In this document: piece by piece, positions 57,115 through 64,000 of the stretch
How the letters are laid out: every line of letters begins with the position of its first letter
Position numbering within the stretch: the stretch's first letter is position 1
DNA from: Candidatus Cryptobacteroides sp.
Lineage (GTDB): Bacteria > Bacteroidota > Bacteroidia > Bacteroidales > UBA932
DNA: 64,000 bases
NCBI GenBank assembly: GCA_045640445.1
Contig: JAZUFA010000056.1
Span: 4,208-68,207 of the forward strand
Reading direction: 5' to 3'
The notes under the pieces: generated by a model
What the model was told of the DNA's origin: nothing
The model's input: the letters and a program-made list of their open reading frames with translations, nothing else
The model's database searches: none
Translations under genes and position numbers: made by a program

Positions 57115-58428
57115 CTACAGTACTTCTATATTATCACGCGCGCACACGCGCTTCATCACGTTCTTGGTGTCAAAGATGGCCTTGGCATGAGCCTGGACGA
57201 ACTCGTAGTCCACCTTGGTATGCGCAGCCGTAACAACCACAAGGTCGCAGCTCTCGAGCAGTTCTGCCGTGAGTTCCGGCTCGCCCTTGACGGTCTCGCC
57301 CTTGTGGCGGAACTCAGGGATATACGGGTCGAAGTAGCAGACGTCGGCGCCCTCCTTCCTGAGGTTCATGTAAACCTCGATGGCGGGAGACTCGCGGTAG
57401 TCGTCGATGTCCTGCTTGTATGCCACGCCGAGCACGAGCACCTTAGCGCCATTGAGCGCCTTGGCAAAGCGGCGGTTAAGCATGTCGGCAGCACGGCTTA
57501 CGCAGTACTCGGGCATACGGTCGTTCACCATCATCGAAGCCTCGATCATCGAAGTGTGAAACCCGTACTCGCGGGCTTTCCAACTAAGATAATAAGGATC
57601 GAGAGGAATGCAGTGGCCACCAAGACCCGGGCCGGGATAGAACGGAGTGAAGCCGAAAGGCTTGGTCTTTGCCGCCTCTATCACCTCCCAGAGGTCTATT
57701 CCCATGCGGTTGCAGAGGATTGCAAGCTCGTTGATGAGACCGATGTTTATGTTGCGGTAGGTGTTCTCGAGAATCTTCGTCATCTCGGCAACGGCGGGAG
57801 AGCTGGCGCGGAAGACGCTGCCCTGCAGCACAGCCTCATACATGGCGCTGATGACCTCGCTGGCATCGGCACCCAGACCGCCTACAACCTTGGGGGTGTT
57901 CTTTGTCTTGTAGATGAGGTTGCCGGGATCCACACGCTCGGGTGAGAAGCCGAGATAGAAGTCCTCGCCGCACTTGAGGCCGGACTTCTCGAGAATGGGC
58001 TTGATGAGTTCCTCTGTGGTACCGGGATAGGTGGTGGACTCGAGGACAACCATCATTCCTGGGTGAAGATACTCAGCCACTGCTTCGGCGCTGCTGCGCA
58101 CGTAACTGATATCAGGCTGCTGATGTGCATCGAGAGGAGTAGGCACGCAGATGGCAACGAAGTCGACGTCCTTGATGAAGGAGAAGTCGCTTGTAGCGGA
58201 GAGCATGCCCTCGCTCACGAGCCGCTGCAGATCGGAATCCACAACATCGCCGATATAGTTGTGACCGGCATTCACCATGTCGACCTTCTGCTTCTGCACA
58301 TCGAATCCGATAGTGCGGAAACCGGCCTTTGCCTTTTCAACGGCAAGAGGTAGACCAACGTAGCCGAGGCCAACGACCCCGGCTACGATTGTTCTGTCCT
58401 CTATCTTTTTAAGAAGAGTATTTTTCAT
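57115..58428 (-). CDS. wbpA: UDP-GlcNAc 6-dehydrogenase
   Basis: [64 protein letters not shown] at 58428 (the track start 58431 is a TTG). Confidence 0.9.
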   Translation of the reverse strand: MKNTLLKKIEDRTIVAGVVGLGYVGLPLAVEKAKAGFRTIGFDVQKQKVDMVNAGHNYIGDVVDSDLQRLVSEGMLSATSDFSFIKDVDFVAICVPTPLDAHQQPDISYVRSSAEAVAEYLHPGMMVVLESTTYPGTTEELIKPILEKSGLKCGEDFYLGFSPERVDPGNLIYKTKNTPKVVGGLGADASEVISAMYEAVLQGSVFRASSPAVAEMTKILENTYRNINIGLINELAILCNRMGIDLWEVIEAAKTKPFGFTPFYPGPGLGGHCIPLDPYYLSWKAREYGFHTSMIEASMMVNDRMPEYCVSRAADMLNRRFAKALNGAKVLVLGVAYKQDIDDYRESPAIEVYMNLRKEGADVCYFDPYIPEFRHKGETVKGEPELTAELLESCDLVVVTAAHTKVDYEFVQAHAKAIFDTKNVMKRVCARDNIEVL

Positions 58429-58434
58429 CAAGAA

Positions 58435-59778
58435 TTACTTAGTCAGACTGTCCTTAGGGAGAGTTCTCTGACCGTAGTCTTCGATGTTCTTACCTACGAG
58501 AGGAATGATCATGACGCAGCGGCTGAGCTCTTCCTTGGTGTAGAACATGTAGTCGACACCACCCCGGTAATCGATCTCGAGCTGGTCGGGATCAACACCG
58601 AACTCGTTTACGAGCATGTTGTAAACGTTCTTTGCACGGTGCTCTGACAGCCACATGTTGTGCTCGGGATAAGAGGTCTGCTTGTCGGCGAAACCTGCAA
58701 CGAGGAACTTGGTGTCGGGAGCAGACTTGATGAAGTCGGCAACTGAGTTGATGTTGATACGCTCACGAGGCTGGATCTCGGTGCGGTCGATCTTGAACTG
58801 GATGTGGAACCAGAGCTCGGGGCTGACAGGAGTGCCGACCTGGATTGTATCGTGAACGATTTCCTTCTCCTTGATGACAACAGGTGCAACATAGTGGTCT
58901 GCGGTAACGCTGTTGGCATTCTTCCAAGTATGGAGATCCTTCTTCACACCGAAGTGGAGGCAGAGACCTGCGGTAACGCCTGCCATGCCGTCGAAGGGGA
59001 AGTTGTTCTTGATGTGGGATGCATCGTATGACTCGTTCTGCTCGCGGCTCTCACCGTCGAAGTCGTCTGATACGAGTGCACCGCGGAGGTTGATCACGAA
59101 GTCGAAGTGCTCGTTGATACGGAACTTGTTGAGGAGTCCGGTATTGAAGCTTACGCCACGAGCGCTTGAGAGCTGCATCTGGTTCTTGTCGAAGCCGAGC
59201 ATCACACCACCACCGGCATAGAACTGAGCGGTATAGAAGCGGTCAGCCTTGACGCCGCCGATCATGTTGCTGAGGTCGAACATGGCAACGATGTAAGGAT
59301 TGATGAACCAGCCGTTCTGATAACGGAGGTCGATCTGATGGCTATCGCGGGTCATGTGATTTGTCTTGTAGACGTCATCAGTCATGAAGTGAGGAGGGTT
59401 GGCCTGTGCGGGTGCACCTGTGGCTGCATCCCACTGATAAACGCCCTTCATCTTAAGACCTGTTACACCTACTGCGAAACCGATGCTAGGAGATGCCCAC
59501 TTGTTGAGCATGATGTCGGCTGCAGGGAATGTGAAACGCTCCCAGAAGCCCATGTACTTGTCATTCTCACCATAGTAGAACTGGGTACCGAGAAGTCCGA
59601 TGAGCTCCCAGTTGTACTTGAAGTCATTGGTGAGCACGTTCTTGCTTGTGGTAGAAGATACTACGGTGCGTCCGCCTTCACCATCCTGTGACTCAGTCAC
59701 AACGGGCTCGGTGTACTGCTGTGCGGAAGCGATTACTCCACAAACGAGTGCCGCAAGAATTGCAAAAAATCTTTTCAT
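58435..59778 (-). CDS. OmpA-family outer membrane protein (Bacteroidetes type)
   Basis: Signal peptide ASA|Q; N-terminal beta-strand barrel region; C-terminal 'GFADKQT...NMWLSEHRAKNV...SRCV' peptidoglycan-binding domain. Confidence 0.88.
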   Translation of the reverse strand: MKRFFAILAALVCGVIASAQQYTEPVVTESQDGEGGRTVVSSTTSKNVLTNDFKYNWELIGLLGTQFYYGENDKYMGFWERFTFPAADIMLNKWASPSIGFAVGVTGLKMKGVYQWDAATGAPAQANPPHFMTDDVYKTNHMTRDSHQIDLRYQNGWFINPYIVAMFDLSNMIGGVKADRFYTAQFYAGGGVMLGFDKNQMQLSSARGVSFNTGLLNKFRINEHFDFVINLRGALVSDDFDGESREQNESYDASHIKNNFPFDGMAGVTAGLCLHFGVKKDLHTWKNANSVTADHYVAPVVIKEKEIVHDTIQVGTPVSPELWFHIQFKIDRTEIQPRERININSVADFIKSAPDTKFLVAGFADKQTSYPEHNMWLSEHRAKNVYNMLVNEFGVDPDQLEIDYRGGVDYMFYTKEELSRCVMIIPLVGKNIEDYGQRTLPKDSLTK

Positions 59779-59826
59779 ATTACGTTATAGATTACATTTA
59801 TTTCCGACTATTCAAGCATAATCGCA

Positions 59827-59834
59827 CAAAATTA
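59827..59834 (-). promoter_or_regulatory. -7 element (TAATTTTG) for the ompA-wbp polysaccharide operon
   Basis: TAnnTTTG match about 50 bp upstream of the ompA ATG. Confidence 0.6.
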
Positions 59835-60036
59835 AGTAAAATTTTCGTTGGTTAACAACATTTTGTGAAAAATTTCTTCGATTTGGTGGCATTCAGCACC
59901 CCGTATTTCCTGCAGCACACACAGTTGCAGGCTTTTTGCATATTTTTCATTGACATTTTCACATTTTTTGCCCACTTTTGCATTGTATTTGCATGAATAG
60001 AAGACCCGCGCATATTCGCGCGTTACCTAAAACATA

Positions 60037-61845
60037 ATGAAGAGCACGAAAAGTTTATTGAAAATCTTCCTGGTCATTACCTGCCTGACCGCGGTCAACG
60101 CCTGCAAGGAAGAGCCAGGAGGCAACGAGCCCACGCCGGATGATGAAACCGGCACCATGATGAAATTCACCGTCGGAGGAGCCGCAGTCGACACCAAGAC
60201 CAGCACCGGACTTCCCGAAGCCGAACAAATTGACAGGATATCCATCTCGGACCCCGGTGACCCCGACCAGCTTTACCTCATCGTCACAGCCCAGAAGATC
60301 GACGATCTCTACGGCCTGGGCGACGTGGCCACCAAGGGAACCCCCATCTACACCGAGAACTTCGTCGCCGAGCGCGGTGACATCAGCACCATCCCCTACG
60401 ACGGCACCAGCGTCTATACCGGAGGCAAGTCGTACTGGTCAGGACTTCTCGAGGCCAGCACCAGAACCTACGGATACGATTTCGGCGAGGCCGGATGGCC
60501 CGAGTCAGCATCGAGCCTCCTGTTCTTCTTCGGTTCTCCCGAAGACCTCACCAGCAAAGCCGCAAGCGCTGAAGACGCATCGGGCAACTATGGCTGCTAC
60601 AACATCAAGTGCACCCCCGGCAGCAAGGCGAACATCGCATTCGACTTCGTCACCCCCGGCGCAGCAGAAAAGCAGGAGGACATCCTCTTCACAACCAAGG
60701 ATATTACAAAACAGTATTACTTCGAGCGCAAGGACGAGCATTCCAAGGTCCTGTTCTACCACACCCTCGCGGGCGTCAAGTTCAAGTCCGGCAACGCTCC
60801 CAGGGAGATTAACAAGGATGGCTCCATCAAGAGCACCAATACAGGCGAGGTCGTAACCAGCATAACGGACATCGCCCTCACCAACATCCTCTCCACCGGC
60901 CACTGTGTCGTTACTCCTTCCTACGACCCTGATTATACAAACAACGACAGCAACCCTTACCAGAAGGACGACAAGGGGCAGGTCGACAAGTCAGCGCTCG
61001 TATCTGTATGGTCCGACGTTGCAACCAAAGCCAACTATAAGGTCAGCGGGCTGCAGAACATAAGCAACGGAACCAACAGCTCATACACCTACCCCGGGTC
61101 CACGGACTTCGAGGGTGAGACCGCACCCGGAAACTCCAGGGAACTCGGCCAGTACAACCTCAATGACGCCGACTTCAGCAAGACCTTCTTCTTCGTGCCG
61201 CAGACCACAGGCGCCGACGCCACCATCGCCATCACCTACACCATCACACGTAATGGCGAGACAAAGACCAACACCCGCAAGGTCAAGTTTAACGGCCAGA
61301 CATGGAAGCCCGGTTACCTCTACACATACACTCTCACGGCAAACCATGTAGCGCTCAAGATTTCAGACGACATAGACCCTGAGACAGGAAAGACCAAGAG
61401 CAACCTCAAGATCCAGAACACTGGCAACACCGACGCATACATCCGCGCAACCGTCATAGGCAACTGGTTCGACACCCACGTCCCTCCCCAGATCGTCACC
61501 GATTGGGCCGGCTTCAGTTACAACAACGGCAAGCTCGGAACAACCGACGGCTCCTTCACCGGTCTCGACGAGACCCACTGGGTATACAGCGACCCCGAGA
61601 AGGGTGGCGACGGCTTCTTCTATTATAAATATAAGGTAAAACCCGGCAACAAGGTTAAATTCCCCCTGTTCACCAGTTTCACCGCAAGCTCTGACGGTCC
61701 CTCCGGCCTTTATGGCGAGAGCGCCCATCTCGAGATGGACATCCTGGCGCAGAGCTTCCATGCCGACAAGATCGACAAGATGATCGAGGCTTACGGCTGG
61801 CTGACCGACGTATTCGTCGACCAGTATGACGATGAACTTGAATAA
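60037..61845 (+). CDS. Fimbrillin (type V pilin)-like lipoprotein with extra C-terminal domain
   Basis: Lipobox VNAC23 followed by KEE (surface export signal); 'VATKG' propeptide-like site; 'QEDILF', 'FYHTLAGVKF', 'FFFVPQT', 'WKPGYLYTYTL' Mfa-like motifs. Confidence 0.8.
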   Translation: MKSTKSLLKIFLVITCLTAVNACKEEPGGNEPTPDDETGTMMKFTVGGAAVDTKTSTGLPEAEQIDRISISDPGDPDQLYLIVTAQKIDDLYGLGDVATKGTPIYTENFVAERGDISTIPYDGTSVYTGGKSYWSGLLEASTRTYGYDFGEAGWPESASSLLFFFGSPEDLTSKAASAEDASGNYGCYNIKCTPGSKANIAFDFVTPGAAEKQEDILFTTKDITKQYYFERKDEHSKVLFYHTLAGVKFKSGNAPREINKDGSIKSTNTGEVVTSITDIALTNILSTGHCVVTPSYDPDYTNNDSNPYQKDDKGQVDKSALVSVWSDVATKANYKVSGLQNISNGTNSSYTYPGSTDFEGETAPGNSRELGQYNLNDADFSKTFFFVPQTTGADATIAITYTITRNGETKTNTRKVKFNGQTWKPGYLYTYTLTANHVALKISDDIDPETGKTKSNLKIQNTGNTDAYIRATVIGNWFDTHVPPQIVTDWAGFSYNNGKLGTTDGSFTGLDETHWVYSDPEKGGDGFFYYKYKVKPGNKVKFPLFTSFTASSDGPSGLYGESAHLEMDILAQSFHADKIDKMIEAYGWLTDVFVDQYDDELE

Positions 61846-61860
61846 CAGAACACTCCTGAA

Positions 61861-64000
61861 ATGAAAAGCATAGCAAAATATATATTCGCCCTTGCAGCAG
61901 CTGCACTGCTGCTGCCCGGATTTACATCATCTGCCCAGCAGACGGAGAAAAGCAGGATAGTCCTTGACAAGACCATCGCGCCTATCGGGGACTCGAAGAC
62001 CGACTACCAGATCACCCTGGACTCATATGTTACCGGTACGTTCGACCAGGACGTGGAGGCGGTCCCCGTCGACCTTATCCTTCTGCTCGACGCGTCCGGC
62101 TCGATGAAGGACAACGCATACAGATACGACCCTGCCAGCAGGACCACTTTCTCGTACAACAATCTGAGTTCCACATATTACTACAAGAACCAGGACGGAA
62201 GCTACTCGACAGTTTCAAGGTACAGGTACATGCCCGACAACAACAAATATTATCTGTACTTCGACTACAACGACGTCCGCTATTATCTGTACGCCCCCAC
62301 AGGATCGACTGAAAAGGCACCAACCACAGAATTCAAGTACATAACAACGGGCTTGGACGACCAGATATGGTATGGTGCCCTGTATCAGAAACAGAGTGAC
62401 GGATCTTTCAAGCAAATGTCCAAGGGAACATGGTCATACCAGGGCATCCTCGGCAAGAACACCTCTTCCAATAAAGATTACCGTTACTACAAAATAGGAA
62501 ACACCGACGACGAATCCTCCTATGCCAGAGTATACTCCGGCCCCGACCCCAGCGAGGGCACAGTCTGCTATGGTGCAAGGATCACGGTCAACGGTGTCGT
62601 TTACCACCTGACCCCCAATGGCATCTCGGCCACTATGCCTAGCGATGTCACCACGGCACCCCAGAAGGCAACAGACACCATCTGGTCAGGAACATTGTAT
62701 ACCAGAACCTCCATCGGTTCCAAGATCAACCTTCTGAGAGAGGCATGCAACGCATTCGTCGATGAGATTACGGCAAATGCCGCAAGGGATAATGTCGACC
62801 ACAGAATATCCATCATTAAGTTCGCATACACCCATTACCCCAACGACAAGGAGGGTGCAGCCGACCTTACCGAAGGCAACCACATAAACGGCAACAATTA
62901 CAGCCACACTGAAGTCGTAAAGAATTTCAAATCAGTTCAGACCGAAGGTGCGGCGGACGAGTTGAAAGCCGCCATCAACGAAATGGCCGTAGGCGGCCAG
63001 ACCGGTGTCGACCGAGGCATGGTCAAGGTGACCAAACTCCTCGAGACCATTCCCTCAGACCGCGTGAGCAGCAAGGTTGTCCTTGTATTCACCGACGGTG
63101 AGCCCAACCACGGTTCCGGCTTCGACTCCAAAGTGGCATCGGACGCCATCGCATCCGGCCAGGTCCTGAAGGGCACCATCTACGGAGCCAAGATTTACAC
63201 CGTGGGTGTATTCGGCTCCGTGACTGACCAGAACCAGCTCAATGCCTACATGAGCTGCCTGTCATCAAGATACCCTGACGCAGCAACAATGCCCAAGGAC
63301 TACACCGATCAGTGGCAGAAATACGTTCCCCAGAACGGTGCTGTAGGCGGAGGTGTTCCCTACTACCAGACATCCGACGGTTCCGACCTCGCATCCATCT
63401 TCAAGGCAATCGCAGGAGAAGCCACCTCGGATATCAAGAACGTCGACAAGACATCCTCAGCAGTAATCGACGTTGTATCAGACAACTTCATCCTTCCCGC
63501 AGGCATCGATGCCGAGCATGCCAACGTACAGTGGCATGTGGAATCATGTACGGGAACAACCACCGACGAAGCCGGCAATGAGGTTCCCGTCTGGGTAACC
63601 GAAGGCAATCCCGGCTACTACTATAACGACAACTTCGAGGACATAAAAGCCGAGATCACCGGCAACAAACTTACCGTCACCGGATTCGATTACAGCAAGG
63701 CTGACGTCCTCAACGAGTCCAAGACCGAAGTCGACCTCAAGGGCAACTGGGTCGGTCCCCGAACCTTCGGCTCCAACACAAGCTTCTACGGCAACAAGCT
63801 CGTCATCACCTTCAAGGTCACCCTGAACCCCGACTACACCGGAGGTCTCGACATGCCCAGCAACGAAGCCACTTCAGGTCTGTACTACGACTCCGACGGC
63901 GACGGCAAATGGGACAGATACGAGCCCTACCCCATCCCCTACAAGCCCTTCCCGTCAATCTGCATCATGAAGGACGGTCTCCATTCCGGCGAGAGCGCAG
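61861..64000 (+). CDS. vWA-domain adhesin with CnaA-like isopeptide domain (3'-truncated by window edge; absent from ORF track)
   Basis: Manual translation shows an open frame from ATG 61861 to the window end (713 codons): MKSIAKYIFALAAAALLLPGFTSSA|QQ.... MIDAS DASGS (62089-62103), T381 (GGQT), FTDG D412, IYTVG, 'YYQTSDGSDLASIFKAI'. Confidence 0.88.
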   Translation, partial: MKSIAKYIFALAAAALLLPGFTSSAQQTEKSRIVLDKTIAPIGDSKTDYQITLDSYVTGTFDQDVEAVPVDLILLLDASGSMKDNAYRYDPASRTTFSYNNLSSTYYYKNQDGSYSTVSRYRYMPDNNKYYLYFDYNDVRYYLYAPTGSTEKAPTTEFKYITTGLDDQIWYGALYQKQSDGSFKQMSKGTWSYQGILGKNTSSNKDYRYYKIGNTDDESSYARVYSGPDPSEGTVCYGARITVNGVVYHLTPNGISATMPSDVTTAPQKATDTIWSGTLYTRTSIGSKINLLREACNAFVDEITANAARDNVDHRISIIKFAYTHYPNDKEGAADLTEGNHINGNNYSHTEVVKNFKSVQTEGAADELKAAINEMAVGGQTGVDRGMVKVTKLLETIPSDRVSSKVVLVFTDGEPNHGSGFDSKVASDAIASGQVLKGTIYGAKIYTVGVFGSVTDQNQLNAYMSCLSSRYPDAATMPKDYTDQWQKYVPQNGAVGGGVPYYQTSDGSDLASIFKAIAGEATSDIKNVDKTSSAVIDVVSDNFILPAGIDAEHANVQWHVESCTGTTTDEAGNEVPVWVTEGNPGYYYNDNFEDIKAEITGNKLTVTGFDYSKADVLNESKTEVDLKGNWVGPRTFGSNTSFYGNKLVITFKVTLNPDYTGGLDMPSNEATSGLYYDSDGDGKWDRYEPYPIPYKPFPSICIMKDGLHSGESA

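Noticed and set aside
29230-59869. 10-bp inverted repeat TTCACAAAAT (29230-29239) / ATTTTGTGAA (59860-59869) flanking the whole glycan locus, as an inversion or mobile boundary
   Set aside because: It is short and AT-rich within AT-rich gaps, does not extend, and no recombinase is present. Chance is plausible.
59960-59995. Promoter for the fimbrillin operon
   Set aside because: Only imperfect -7 matches (CACTTTTG, TGTATTTG) were found, so none could be chosen with confidence.
59779-60036. Invertible (phase-variable) promoter of Bacteroides type
   Set aside because: Only an 8-bp TGTGAAAA/TTTTCACA pair was found, it does not enclose the ompA -7 box, and there is no invertase in the window.
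62075-63608. Short ORFs listed in the track in the last 2 kb
   Set aside because: They are shadows of the long + strand vWA ORF starting at 61861, which the track omits because it has no stop in the window.

Overview
This window is from a GC-rich Bacteroidales chromosome. The evidence is TAnnTTTG -7 promoters, lipoboxes, a TonB-dependent receptor and a fimbrillin-type gene; finer taxonomy cannot be fixed from sequence alone. It has four blocks. (1) 1-15.8 kb: dcw cluster ftsI-murE-mraY-murD-ftsW-murG-murC-ftsQ-ftsA-ftsZ-gltX, converging on rpiB-truB. (2) 15.8-29.2 kb: hexuronate/pectin catabolism (kduD-kduI-lipoprotein converging on kdgK-eda-exuT-...-uxaC), with a four-gene TonB-receptor module inside the operon. 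(3) 29.2-59.8 kb: a ~30 kb surface-polysaccharide locus with ompA, wbpA/D/E/B, a priming transferase, wzm/wzt, many glycosyltransferases and tailoring enzymes, a Wzy-like protein, wza/wzc/cpsB and an internally deleted wecB. (4) 60-64 kb: a divergent adhesin operon. The best candidates for undescribed biology are: (a) a MurB paralogue coupled to a pyruvyl transferase directly behind wzm-wzt, suggesting a MurA/MurB-like route that adds lactyl ethers to a surface glycan; (b) a hybrid pilus-like pair, made of a type-V fimbrillin lipoprotein fused to a Gram-positive TasA/BsaA-like domain plus an RrgA/Mfa5-like vWA-isopeptide adhesin that is missing from the ORF track; (c) a Wbp/Vim-like deacetylate-and-aminoacylate module. 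No rRNA, tRNA, CRISPR array or transposase was seen. Family calls come from motif recognition, not database searches.
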